DNA from: Planctomycetota bacterium | GTDB lineage: Bacteria > Planctomycetota > UBA8108 > SXIK01 | Length of the DNA: 64,000 bases | NCBI GenBank assembly: GCA_965223265.1 | Contig: OZ244999.1 | Location: forward strand, 3,296,001 to 3,360,000 | Direction: 5' to 3' | Part shown: positions 28,857-38,787 of the stretch, piece by piece | How the letters are laid out: the number at the start of each line of letters is the position of its first letter | Position numbering within the stretch: position 1 is the first letter of the stretch | Notes under the pieces: model-generated | Told to the model about the DNA's origin: nothing | What the model saw: the letters and a program-made list of their open reading frames with translations, nothing else | The model's database searches: none | Translations under genes and position numbers: made by a program

Positions 28857-31634
28857 ATGACCACTCGACGGTTTCTGCACCGAGCACTCTGCGTCGGTCT
28901 CATCTTCATTTTCTCTCCTGTACGTCCGCTACTGGCCGACGCTGAGCGCGCTGCTCGCTTGAATGCAGAGCTCGACAAAGCGCTGCTCGTTCAGAAGAGC
29001 GAACACAATCTCACGGACGCCGAACGGCGCATTCGAAGTGTGCTCGGAGCCGACGACGTACCGGCCGTCACTCAAGAGCGGGCGATGCTGCTGCTCGGGA
29101 AATGCCTGCGTGCGCAAGGGCGAGAGGCAGAAGGCAATGCGGCGCTGGCGGCAGCGGCGAGGGGGAATTCGCGGTTCGCGCAAGAAGCGCAGGCCGTGCT
29201 CTCCGGGGAAGAAGCGGCAAGGAGGAGGCTCGAGCGACAGGTGAACGGACTCGTGCTAGCCGTGAAAGAGTCCGCGTCTGCTCCTGAGCATGGGTTTCTC
29301 GTCGACCTGGGTGATCCTGCAGTTCCATTTATCGTTCGAGCTATGGACGCAGAGCAGGATCACACGGCCGTGCGTCGCCTAGCGGTGGTTCTTCTCAGAA
29401 TCGGTTCGCGACAAGTCCACGACTACATCGATCGTGTCGTGCGTTCAAAGGACGCCTTCAGTCGCCGCGTTCTCTTGACCGCCCTGAAGGAGATCAAGCC
29501 AGAGGAGCGAGCCGTCGTGGGGCGTGGATTCGTGCCGCTGATCGACAGTGCCGTGTCCAAGGAGCGAAGGGAACTCGTCACCCTGCTCTTCGATGTGCTG
29601 ACGGCCGACGAACTGGTAGCATACTTCAACGTCGACGACGAAGAACTGCGCCGCGACGTCGTTGTGGCAATCCATCAGCGCGGAGCATTTCGCGATGAGC
29701 GCGTCATGGCGGCCGTCTTACCGACACTCGAGAACTTTCTGACCTCCGGCGCGAGCAAGGAGCAGGACATCGCTTTGGCGTTCATCCTCGACGAACGCTG
29801 CGCTGAAACGCCGAGCGGTCGGCGGCTCTTTCTCGATGCGGCTGTGCGCGGAATCCTGAAGGACCAGATGTTCGACGAGCCTCTGTCGAAGCGGCTCCAT
29901 TCTCTCGGAGTTCTTCCTCGTGTGCCTGCAGTGGAGCGTGCGGTTCCGGCGGCTGAGCTGGGCGACGCGCTGCGCCGCTCCGCCACTTCGGTGACCGCAA
30001 ACACGATACGGTTGAAAGGAATCGTGATGGCGTCCATTCCTACCTGGCAACCCGACGCCGTGCCGGCGGCGCTCGAGCTGCCGCAGTTGGTTGGCGATTC
30101 CGAGCAGATTGTTCCTTGGCTACTGCACAACGCAGACGACGACCACGTCACGGCCATCGCTCGTTGTCTCGGGTCGTTCCAAGGGTCTCTTGGCGCCGCA
30201 GTCCACTGGCTCGAGGAGCGTCCAATGAACGCAGAGGCGATCGTCGCCATCGATCAGTGGCTGCGTCAGCCGGAGTTTCGCTCGGCTCTGCGGGGCGCCT
30301 TTGCGACTCGTGTAATGGAGTCTGGTCGCATGACCCGCCGTGGTCGTCCAGCGGCTGACGCGCTGCTCTCGATGCTTGGAGCGCGCGACACTCCCGAGGC
30401 GCGCGATGTGCTTGTACGCGAAGCTGCACGAGACGATGGGATCGGGAGCGTGTTTCATGCGATCTCGCCCGTGGCTCCCGATGAGTTCCTTCTTCGATTG
30501 CTCGGAGCATTCCACGACAACCACGCTCGCGATCGAGGCCGCGTCTTGGAGATCCTTGTGGCGCGTGGTGTGTTTTCCCTGCACGACTTCGCCGCAGCCT
30601 TCGCGAAAGACGTTTACTTCGACAAAAAATTCTGCAGCGCCTTGTTTGACGGCTATTCAGCAGATCAGTACGTCGAATTCGTCAACACGATTTTGAACAC
30701 GGGGGACGAAACGGCTCTCGCAAGTTTCCGCGAATGCGTCCAATTCACCCTCCGCGCCCGCGAACCGAACCTTCCAGAAACTGTCGCCAGAACGCTTTTT
30801 GCTCGAGCGCTCCAACCTGGGTTAGACGCGTATCGTATTGTCGAGAGTTTACTTCGCGCGCCGCTCCACTTCTCCGACCCGAGCGAGCTCAAGCGTCTCA
30901 GGAGAAATCTCTATCGTCGAGCGCTTGCCAGTGGCGAAGAGGAGATCATGGAGGCAGCACTCTCCTCATATGCGCTGCATCCCGAGGATCGGACGCTCGT
31001 CGAGACGCATCTCGAGCACCCTAGCGAGAGGATCGTCAAGCGCTCTCTTTACAGCCTACGCAACCTCGGCGACAAAGCATCCCTGCCAGCAGTGGCAGCG
31101 TGCCTCAAGCATCGTGATCACAACGTTCGCGAGCTCGCCGTGCAGGTTCTTTACCGCGTTGGCGGCGACGACGTGATCCCGCAGCTGGAGTCTCTCGCGC
31201 GCGATCCAGAGCCGAGTGTCCGCGGCGCGGTCTACGCAGTGCTCGGCCACTCGACTTCGGAGCGGGCCGCTGACATTCTCCTCGCCGGCCTCCGCGATCT
31301 GGACGTGCACAAGACTGCAGCGGAATCGCTGCAGCGCATCGAAGCGTACTTCGAGCACCGCCGGCGCTGGGATTCTTGGAAGGAGTCGCTCAGCCTCGAG
31401 GGTGAAAGCGCTGCCGCGGCGCTTCTCAAACAAGCGCGCAGCGGCCGCAGCACCAAGATCCGGCGCGCCGCCATCGAATCGCTCGGGACGCTCGCTGAAC
31501 CGGAGACGTTGCCTCTCCTCATCGAGCTCATGGAAGACTCCGATACAAGCATTGCAGCTGCCGCCGAGGCGGCGGTGACGCGAATCAATCGAGCGGCAAA
31601 GAAAAGGTCGGACGCCGAGGGCGTCAAACCATAG
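28857..31634 (+). CDS. Secreted HEAT-repeat protein
   Basis: RBS GAAAGGAG before ATG; signal peptide; HEAT motifs VRELAVQVL, VRGAVYAVLG, IRRAAIESLG. Confidence 0.85.
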   Translation: MTTRRFLHRALCVGLIFIFSPVRPLLADAERAARLNAELDKALLVQKSEHNLTDAERRIRSVLGADDVPAVTQERAMLLLGKCLRAQGREAEGNAALAAAARGNSRFAQEAQAVLSGEEAARRRLERQVNGLVLAVKESASAPEHGFLVDLGDPAVPFIVRAMDAEQDHTAVRRLAVVLLRIGSRQVHDYIDRVVRSKDAFSRRVLLTALKEIKPEERAVVGRGFVPLIDSAVSKERRELVTLLFDVLTADELVAYFNVDDEELRRDVVVAIHQRGAFRDERVMAAVLPTLENFLTSGASKEQDIALAFILDERCAETPSGRRLFLDAAVRGILKDQMFDEPLSKRLHSLGVLPRVPAVERAVPAAELGDALRRSATSVTANTIRLKGIVMASIPTWQPDAVPAALELPQLVGDSEQIVPWLLHNADDDHVTAIARCLGSFQGSLGAAVHWLEERPMNAEAIVAIDQWLRQPEFRSALRGAFATRVMESGRMTRRGRPAADALLSMLGARDTPEARDVLVREAARDDGIGSVFHAISPVAPDEFLLRLLGAFHDNHARDRGRVLEILVARGVFSLHDFAAAFAKDVYFDKKFCSALFDGYSADQYVEFVNTILNTGDETALASFRECVQFTLRAREPNLPETVARTLFARALQPGLDAYRIVESLLRAPLHFSDPSELKRLRRNLYRRALASGEEEIMEAALSSYALHPEDRTLVETHLEHPSERIVKRSLYSLRNLGDKASLPAVAACLKHRDHNVRELAVQVLYRVGGDDVIPQLESLARDPEPSVRGAVYAVLGHSTSERAADILLAGLRDLDVHKTAAESLQRIEAYFEHRRRWDSWKESLSLEGESAAAALLKQARSGRSTKIRRAAIESLGTLAEPETLPLLIELMEDSDTSIAAAAEAAVTRINRAAKKRSDAEGVKP

Positions 31635-31672
31635 TTTTTCGTTACCTCGGTTTGGCCATTCGTCGCACCAAA

Positions 31673-31870
31673 GTAGGAGGCACACTTCCGTGTGCCGTCC
31701 GGCCGTGATCGTGGTGGCGTCTCTTTAAAGTAGCAGGCACACGCCGTGTGCCGTCCGGACGTGAGCGTGACCGTGGACCGTGACCGTGAGTTGCGACGGC
31801 ACGTTTCAAAAGTTTCACACCCTCTCCGTGCGCCGTCCGTTTCTTTTCTCAGGCCACGGCACGCGGAGTC
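31673..31870. repeat. Degenerate GTAG-type REP-like palindromic repeats
   Basis: GTAGGAGGCACACTTCCGTGTGCCGTCC at 31673 and GTAGCAGGCACACGCCGTGTGCCGTCC at 31730, with partial inverted GACGGCAC copies. Confidence 0.6.
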
Positions 31871-31880
31871 AGTGAGAGCG

Positions 31881-31919
31881 AAAAAGAAGGATCCGGCTCA
31901 GCTATCCAAGCCGGATCCT
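31881..31919 (-). terminator. Intrinsic terminator
   Basis: AGGATCCGGCT/AGCCGGATCCT stem followed by TCTTTTT on the minus strand. Confidence 0.7.
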
Positions 31920-32053
31920 GCGAGTTGCCAAGTGGCGCGTCGAACGTTGGAAAGGTTTCTCCTCGTCCGCGCCCTTTGGCTTCACGGGGCTATGCGATCA
32001 ATTGTTTGGCGGGCTCTCTGCCGGCTGGGCGTTAAAGCGTCGGTCTCAGCCGA

Positions 32054-32468
32054 TCAAAACGCGCACACCTCAGAGCAGTTGGGAACTGGGAAACACGCGG
32101 TTCCGCGAGGCGGGGGATTGCCGCTCACGAAGAGGAAGTTGAGCAGGAAGACACCATCGGAAATGTCGAGACTCGTGTCACCGTTCGCGTCCATGACCTT
32201 CATGCCTGCCTCCGCTTCGTCCTCACCGCACGGAAAGGTCGAGATGCCGGCGACGAAAAGGTGGTTGAGCACGCAGACCGGAACGGCGATGTCGATGAAT
32301 CCGTCCGAGTTGCAGTCACCCTGCTTGCGGAGGCCGGCGCTGCAGTCAATCGCCCCTTCGACACCATTCGATGTCGTTATCGTTTTCAGCACCGAAGACG
32401 GCTGGAATCAGAAGCCAAGCAACGGCCAGAACGCCGAAGCAGCTGGGGCGTGGCGGGGGAAACGTCAT
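32054..32468 (-). pseudogene. Internally deleted, frameshifted secreted protein: signal peptide joined out of frame to a dockerin-like C-terminal domain
   Basis: MTFPPPRPSCFGVLAVAWLLIPAVFGAENDNDIEW in one frame; GDCNSDGFIDIA...DANGDTSLDISDGVFLLNFLF in another. Confidence 0.65.
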
Positions 32469-32619
32469 ATCCCATGCATCGTAACGGCGTCGCGGCGTTG
32501 GTGCTCGGGTGTTTATTGCCTCCCGCGTCTCGCACTGAGGCTCGGACGAGGGCGACGGGGGCATCAGGGGAAAGGGTCGGAGGACAAGGCCACAGGCAGA
32601 GACAGAAAACACGCACCTG

Positions 32620-32932
32620 ACACGCCCACGCCCTACGCGTTACGCCTTACGCTTTACGCCCACGCACACCTACACGCACGCCTACACGCCCACGCCCACG
32701 CCCACCCACACGCCCACGCACACGCACACGCACACGCCCACGCACACGCACACGCCCACGCCCACCCACACACCCACACGCCCACGCACACCCACACACC
32801 CACACGCCCACCCACACGCCAACTCAATCGCAATCGCTCATGACCTCGAAGCAAATCTGTTTTGCGGAAAGATGGGACAGAGTCGGAGCCAGAGTCGGAG
32901 ACGGAGTCGGAAGCAGATTCAAAGTCGGAGGC
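32620..32932. repeat. Degenerate hexanucleotide tandem repeats: CACGCC/CACGCA/CACACC tract, then GAGTCG-type tract
   Basis: About 200 bp at 32620-32820 and about 50 bp at 32880-32932; intergenic. Confidence 0.85.
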
Positions 32933-32996
32933 AGCCAGCGCAAAATGTAGCGCCCACACACGTGCTCATGCACATGGGACCGCTCGCAGAGACCCG

Positions 32997-34682
32997 TTAC
33001 CACCCAAGCCGGTACTTACTCACGCAGCCATCGCTCGCCTGCGTTGCGGTGGCTGCGAACTCTTCGAGATAGATGCGTCGTCGGTCGAACTCTGGCGGGC
33101 GCCAGTTGCGCCGGCGCTCGGCGAGGTCGTTCTCTGAAACGTGCAGCGAGATTTCACCGCGCAGGAGATCGAACGAAATCTCGTCGCCGTCTTCGACGAG
33201 GGCGATGGGGCCGCCGACCGCCGCCTCAGGCGCACAGTGGACGCCGATGGCACCGTGGGAAACACCGGAAACTCGCGTGTCTGAGATGAATGCCACCTTG
33301 CCGTCGAGCTCGGGCACAGCGAGCGCTGCCGTTGCCACGAGGACTTCTGGCATGCCACTGGCGGTTGGGCCGAGGTAGCGAAGGACGCAGACGTTTCCGG
33401 GGCGTATCTGTCCATTCTTGACCGCTTCGAAGACGGCGCGCGGATTGTCGAAACAGATGGCGCGACCGCGGAACGAGGCTGACTCCATACTCGACACCTT
33501 GAAGACAATTCCGTCCGGTGCCAGGTTGCCGAAACAGATCTGCATGTCCGCGTGTTCCTTGAACGGGGCGTTCAGGGGTGCGATCAACTCTTGGTCAACC
33601 GGCACCGCAGGTGCTTCAGCAAGGTTCTCTGCCAAGTTTTCACCGGTGACCGTGATGCACTCACCGTCAATGATTCCGCCCTCCATCAAGTGCTTGAGCA
33701 GCATTGGAGTGCCGCCGAGGTGGTGGAGGTCGACCATCGTGTGTTTGCCGCGCGGCGCGAAGTTGCACAGAACGGGAGTGCGCCTCAGGATCGGCTGGAT
33801 GTCACTGAGGCCAAATTCAACACCTGCCTCGCGCGCGAGCGCGAGCATGTGGAGGATACCGTTGGTCGAACCTCCGATCGCCGCGATCGTCGCGACGGCG
33901 TTTTGAAAGGCTTTTCGCGTCAGAACGTCCCGTGGGCGGAGGCCCGATTCCAGCAGACGCTTGACGGCGGCGCCGAGTCCATCGCACTCGGCATCTTTTT
34001 CCTTGCTCAGTGCTGGGTTCGATGAGCTGAACGGTAGCATCAGCCCGATACTCTCGAGTGCCATCCCCCAAGTATTGAACGACGCCGCGACCCCGCAGCC
34101 ACCCGGACCCGGACATGCCGCGCGGATGATCTCGTCGCATTCCTCTTCGGAGATAGCGCCAACGGCGGCCTGCGCCTGCGCGTCGTAGCTATCGAGAATC
34201 GTGATGTCGCGGCCGTTGTGACAACCGGGGAGGATCGAGCCGCCACTGACGACCATACCCGGGTAGTTGAGACGGGCTAACGCCATCGAAAAACCGGGGC
34301 CGTTCTTGTCGCAGTTGTGGAGCCCCACAAGGCAGTCGTAGCGGTGCGCGCTGACAACGCACTCGGCGGCGCTGGCGATCATGTTGCGCGATGGCAACGA
34401 GGCGAAACCGCCCTCTTGTCCCTGCGTGATGTTGTCGCTAATGGCGGGCACTCCGAACGGAAAACCGAGCAAGCCGGCAGACCGACACCCAGTCGCGATC
34501 TTCGTGGCGAGCTCATAGGCGTGGACGTTGCACAGATTGCCGTCGAGGAGTGGCACACCGATGCCGACCTGAGGTCGGTCTAGGTCGGCTGCTTCGAATC
34601 CGAGGCCCCAGTAGAAAGACCTAACGCCTTTTTGCCAGCCGTGAGTCAACTGACGGCTGTTCCAGTTCAAGTGAGTCGACAT
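32997..34682 (-). CDS. ilvD: Dihydroxy-acid dehydratase
   Basis: CNVH, SRNMIA, CDKN, GGSTN, GMPE, RVSG, GVHCAPEA motifs. Confidence 0.9.
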   Translation of the reverse strand: MSTHLNWNSRQLTHGWQKGVRSFYWGLGFEAADLDRPQVGIGVPLLDGNLCNVHAYELATKIATGCRSAGLLGFPFGVPAISDNITQGQEGGFASLPSRNMIASAAECVVSAHRYDCLVGLHNCDKNGPGFSMALARLNYPGMVVSGGSILPGCHNGRDITILDSYDAQAQAAVGAISEEECDEIIRAACPGPGGCGVAASFNTWGMALESIGLMLPFSSSNPALSKEKDAECDGLGAAVKRLLESGLRPRDVLTRKAFQNAVATIAAIGGSTNGILHMLALAREAGVEFGLSDIQPILRRTPVLCNFAPRGKHTMVDLHHLGGTPMLLKHLMEGGIIDGECITVTGENLAENLAEAPAVPVDQELIAPLNAPFKEHADMQICFGNLAPDGIVFKVSSMESASFRGRAICFDNPRAVFEAVKNGQIRPGNVCVLRYLGPTASGMPEVLVATAALAVPELDGKVAFISDTRVSGVSHGAIGVHCAPEAAVGGPIALVEDGDEISFDLLRGEISLHVSENDLAERRRNWRPPEFDRRRIYLEEFAATATQASDGCVSKYRLGW

Positions 34683-34744
34683 GTTTTGTTCCTTTGGTCG
34701 GACGAGACTGCGAGCGCACGCGTCGCAGGGGCAGAGCCACCTTG

Positions 34745-34925
34745 ACAGCCCGTTGAAAAAGTCATTCGGCCGAGGAAACTGGGCTCTTCACGCCCAGCTC
34801 GACCGCGTCAATACTCGCCATCAGAATCGAAAGAATAGGGCCCGAAGATTGCCTGCGTCTGCCGCGGGCCGATCTGGACGCGAAGAGACCGGTTCTCGGC
34901 TCGAAGCACTTTTTCAACGGGCTGT
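34745..34925 (+). mobile_element. MITE copy 1 (181 bp)
   Basis: Perfect 18-bp terminal inverted repeats ACAGCCCGTTGAAAAAGT; homologous to 36797-36978 in the opposite orientation. Confidence 0.8.
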
Positions 34926-35022
34926 GGAGCGAGCCCTTTTTTTGTCGAGGCTGCGGCCGTTTTGATTTAGAGTCTGTCCCAACCTGATCAGAGCGTGGCG
35001 GTGAGACCGTTTCGCCCGCCGT

Positions 35023-35988
35023 TTGATGGTAACAGGGTGGCCTGCGGTCGAACCTTCCAAGCGAAGAGGCAATGCGAGGAGCTACGTTCAAGCGTTCATG
35101 CCTGCGTTAGAGGAATGCTTCGAAAAAGGCGAGATCCGTCTTTCCTGCCGTTCCCGTGGGCTCGGTGATACGCTGTTTGCGACCACCGTCGCCCACGAGC
35201 TCAAGGCGCTGCGATCCGAGCTCCGTGTGCTCGTCGAGAGCCATTGGCCGCAACTCTTTTACAACAATCGCGATGTCGACGCCACGTTTCCGATGCGGAA
35301 TGAACCGCATCCGGAGGGAATTGAGGTGGACTATCGCGATCCGTGGCCGCCATCGGAGAGGAAGCATGTTCTTGAAATCGTGAGCGAGCCCTTCGGAATC
35401 TCGCAGCCTCGTATTTCGACCTACTACACGCCAACGCCGGAGGAACGCGGGAAAGCGCGCCTGATTCGTCCGCCAAGTTCGCGGCCGCTGTTGGTCGTGC
35501 ACCCCTTCAGTGGCTTTTTCGCAGCTCGCTCGAAGCAGTGGGACTTTCGCCATTGGAAGAACTTCCTCGAGTCGATCCCACCGGAGATCGAAACGCTTCG
35601 TTTCAGCGAAGTCGAGGATCCCGCAACACCGACGGAGAGACCCAATCACCGTGAGATGGTGGGTATGGACCTGCGACTGATCGCAGCGATCTTACAGAGC
35701 GCCGACGCCTTCGTCGGACAAGAGTCGGGTCTGGCGCACCTGGCGACGGCGCTCGGCGTGCCGAGTGTGATTCTGTTTACGGGGTACGTTCCGCCCGATG
35801 TTTTCGGGTACGAGCAAAACGTCAATCTTGTTCCCGATCTACCGTATGCGCCGTGCTGGGACAAGGACGGCTGCGCACCGTGCCGCGCCGAGATTTGCAC
35901 GCGCGCGATCCAAGCTGAGACTGTGTGTGAGAAGACCCTGCAGGTTCTCGAGCAAAGTCTCTCGCGGTCGCGTTCACGGCTCTGGTGA
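35023..35988 (+). CDS. Glycosyltransferase family 9 (heptosyltransferase-like)
   Basis: GLGDTL, VVHPFS, SKQW, FVGQESGLAHLATALGVPSV. Start may be ATG at 35098. Confidence 0.88.
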   Translation: MMVTGWPAVEPSKRRGNARSYVQAFMPALEECFEKGEIRLSCRSRGLGDTLFATTVAHELKALRSELRVLVESHWPQLFYNNRDVDATFPMRNEPHPEGIEVDYRDPWPPSERKHVLEIVSEPFGISQPRISTYYTPTPEERGKARLIRPPSSRPLLVVHPFSGFFAARSKQWDFRHWKNFLESIPPEIETLRFSEVEDPATPTERPNHREMVGMDLRLIAAILQSADAFVGQESGLAHLATALGVPSVILFTGYVPPDVFGYEQNVNLVPDLPYAPCWDKDGCAPCRAEICTRAIQAETVCEKTLQVLEQSLSRSRSRLW

Positions 35989-36690
35989 AATCCACGGGCC
36001 CACCGGTGTGCGACCCTGTGACGACCGCGACGGGCGTCGCGGCGAGTTGCTGAGCAGCCGAAAGTAACACACAAACGTCGTTTTCGGATTGGGTACGCGC
36101 CGCAGCGTCATGTTTGACGTCGCCTGGCGTCGCCAGGAAGCTTCGAGCGCTTGACGGTTGACGACAGACTGTACCTCGAACTCGAAATCGGGGAATGACG
36201 GCACACGAAAGATGCGGTCGTCGCAAAGGCTCAGCCGCGCCAGAATCGCCCGCCGGCGCTGCGGGTCCTGGGGAATGTTGATCGTTGATCCAGTGGAGGT
36301 CGTTCGGATTCCATTGCGCAGCGACATACAGTAGCCGTCCTGACGGAGCGCCATCACCCCCTCGTCGGATCGCTGCCCGTTCATGTGCTCGAGCCGCCGA
36401 CGAATCGTCAGGTTGTCGAACTTGCGACGGTCGTACTCGTCGAGATAGAGCTCGAAGAGGGTCTGCCTGCCCGCGTCTTCTTGCAAGAATTGATCGCGCG
36501 CTTTGACCGCATGGGAATCGAGACTTGGGTCGGTCAGCCAGGCCTCGAGGAGATCCGGCTTTCGCCGCAGTTCGCGTAGACGCAGGTGGGTGCGAAAGTG
36601 TGGCAGCGCGGCCAAGACGAACGCGCCCGCGACGGCAAGCGTGCTCAGGAGCGCGACAACCACGACCAACTGTTTTGAATGGATCTTCAC
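35974..36690 (-). CDS. Membrane-anchored hypothetical protein
   Basis: N-terminal hydrophobic helix; RBS-like CGAGA before GTG. Confidence 0.6.
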   Translation of the reverse strand: MKIHSKQLVVVVALLSTLAVAGAFVLAALPHFRTHLRLRELRRKPDLLEAWLTDPSLDSHAVKARDQFLQEDAGRQTLFELYLDEYDRRKFDNLTIRRRLEHMNGQRSDEGVMALRQDGYCMSLRNGIRTTSTGSTINIPQDPQRRRAILARLSLCDDRIFRVPSFPDFEFEVQSVVNRQALEASWRRQATSNMTLRRVPNPKTTFVCYFRLLSNSPRRPSRSSQGRTPVGPWISPEP

Positions 36691-36796
36691 GATGTCTCGG
36701 AGTGGCGTGGGGCGGAAAGGGCGAGGGAGCGTGAGACTCCCATCCTACCATCTCGTGCGCCGCCCGCCTCGATCCACGCCGTCCGACAATCGCCTG

Positions 36797-36978
36797 GCAG
36801 CCTGTTAAAAAAGTGCTTCGAGCTGAAAACTGGTCGCTTCGCGTCCAGATCGGCCGCGGCGAACGCAGGTAATCTCCGAGCCCCTCTTCTATAAGATTTA
36901 CACGGCGAGGCTCGCCGCGGTCGATCTGGGCGTGAAGAGGCCGGTTTCTCAGCCGAATGACTTTTTCAGGCGGGCTGC
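36797..36978 (-). mobile_element. MITE copy 2 (diverged, inverted)
   Basis: GCAGCCTGTTAAAAAAGT...ACTTTTTCAGGCGGGCTGC; shares internal blocks such as CTTCGCGTCCAGATCGGCC with the reverse complement of copy 1. Confidence 0.75.
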
Positions 36979-36988
36979 TAACTCGAGG

Positions 36989-38218
36989 CTAACCGACGGT
37001 CGCGGCAAGCCGCTTTTCCAGCGCGTCGAAGTACGCGTCGGTCGTCACGAAGGATTCGGCGGGTGGCCTGGTCGTCTTATGGATCGCCACGGCCAGATCT
37101 TTCGTCATCGTGCCGGATTCAATGGTGTCGACGCAGGCTTTCTCCAGCACGTGCGCAAATTCCGCGACCGCGGGCGTGCTGTCGAGCTTGGCACGATGGG
37201 CTAGTCCGCGCGTCCAAGCAAAGATGCTCGCCACCGGATTGGTGCTCGTGGGGTTGCCTTTTTGATGTTCGCGATAGTGGCGGGTTACCGTTCCGTGAGC
37301 CGCTTCCGCCTCGATCGTCTCGCCGTCCGGGCACATCAGAACGGACGTCATGAGACCGAGGGACCCGAATCCCTGCGCCACCGTATCTGACTGCACGTCG
37401 CCATCGTAGTTCTTGCACGCCCAGACGATTCCGCCGTCCCATTTGAGGACCTGAGCGACCATGTCGTCGATGAGACGATGCTCGTAGGTCAATCCGGCAT
37501 CGCGGAACTTGCCTGCGAACTCGCGCTCGAACACTTCGGCGAAAATGTCGCGGAAGCGTCCATCATAGGTCTTAAGAATTGTGTTCTTGGTGGAAAGGTA
37601 GACTGGGTAGTTCTCCTGCAGTCCATAGTTGAAGCACGAGCGTGCGAAGTTGGCGATCGATTCATCGGTGTTGTACATGCCGAGAGCGATCCCACCGCCA
37701 TCGAACTCGTTGACGATCCATTCCTTGGCCGCGCCGCCGCCCTCAGGCTCAAAAACGAGCTTTAAGCATCCCTTGCCTTCGATGCGGATATCGGTCGCAC
37801 GGTACTGATCGGCGTGGGCGTGACGGCCGACGACAATCGGGCGTGTCCATGCCGGCACCAGACGAGGAACGTTCTTGCACAAAATCGGGGCGCGGAAGAC
37901 GGTACCGCCGAGGTAGTTTCTGATCGTCCCGTTGGGACTGCGCCACATCTTCTTGAGCCCAAACTCTTCGACGCGCGCCTCGTCGGGCGTAATCGTGGCG
38001 CATTTGACGCCAACTTTGTGCTCTTGAATCGCTTTCGCCGCATCCAGTGTGATCTGGTCGTCCGTGGCATCCCGGCTCTGAATCGAGAGGTCGTAGTAGA
38101 GGAGATCAACGTCGAGAAAAGGCAGAATCAAGCGATCCTTGATGCGCGCCCAGATGATGCGGGTCATCTCGTCGCCGTCAAGTTCGACGATCGGGCCATT
38201 GACTTTGATCTTGCTCAC
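36989..38218 (-). CDS. icd: NADP-dependent isocitrate dehydrogenase
   Basis: [48 protein letters not shown]. Confidence 0.97.
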   Translation of the reverse strand: MSKIKVNGPIVELDGDEMTRIIWARIKDRLILPFLDVDLLYYDLSIQSRDATDDQITLDAAKAIQEHKVGVKCATITPDEARVEEFGLKKMWRSPNGTIRNYLGGTVFRAPILCKNVPRLVPAWTRPIVVGRHAHADQYRATDIRIEGKGCLKLVFEPEGGGAAKEWIVNEFDGGGIALGMYNTDESIANFARSCFNYGLQENYPVYLSTKNTILKTYDGRFRDIFAEVFEREFAGKFRDAGLTYEHRLIDDMVAQVLKWDGGIVWACKNYDGDVQSDTVAQGFGSLGLMTSVLMCPDGETIEAEAAHGTVTRHYREHQKGNPTSTNPVASIFAWTRGLAHRAKLDSTPAVAEFAHVLEKACVDTIESGTMTKDLAVAIHKTTRPPAESFVTTDAYFDALEKRLAATVG

Positions 38219-38787
38219 GTCGTAGCTCTCCTGAGTCTCGAATCAGAGGGTTCTGGGCGAGAAGGGCAAAAGGGAAGAGTGTATCGTCTCGCGTCCCGAC
38301 GTCGCAAGGAATTCCTCCGGGAGCACGCTTGCCGGCGCGTCGATCCCGGAGCGATCGATGCGTTCGGTCGTGGAGCGAAAGTGCAAGCGAGGACGCAATC
38401 GGGCCTAAGACCAAGGTATCGACGGCGTGCCGTCCTTCTCCGCCCGCGAGATTGAGTGCCGGGCTTCTCCGCGGACGCTTTCAGCGTCGTCGCTCTCGTC
38501 GTGGTGAGTATCTACGACGCTGCGGTGTTCTGCGGCGTGGATTTTTCCGCGAACTGCGCCACAGCTGATAGAGCGAAACCGCCGCGCAGCAACTTCGGAG
38601 CAACTTCGGAGTGCGGAGGTCAAAGACATCGACGCGAAAGGCAACGACTACCGCGACCGCAGAGAACTCGATCGTCAAACGGTTGTTGGACGGACAAATG
38701 CCCCGATCTATACTCATGAGTGGAGGCTGTCTCTCGAGCGGTCGTGGAGTGGGGTTGTGGGTTTTTGCGGTGTGAGGGGAAGGAGCC

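Noticed and set aside
31673-31870. CRISPR array
   Set aside because: Only two degenerate direct copies plus inverted partials, no regular spacers and no cas genes; REP-like.
31746-32843. 365-aa ORF with HAHAHA tract as a His-rich metal-binding protein
   Set aside because: It is a translation of the hexamer repeat and REP DNA and runs antisense to the dockerin-like remnant.
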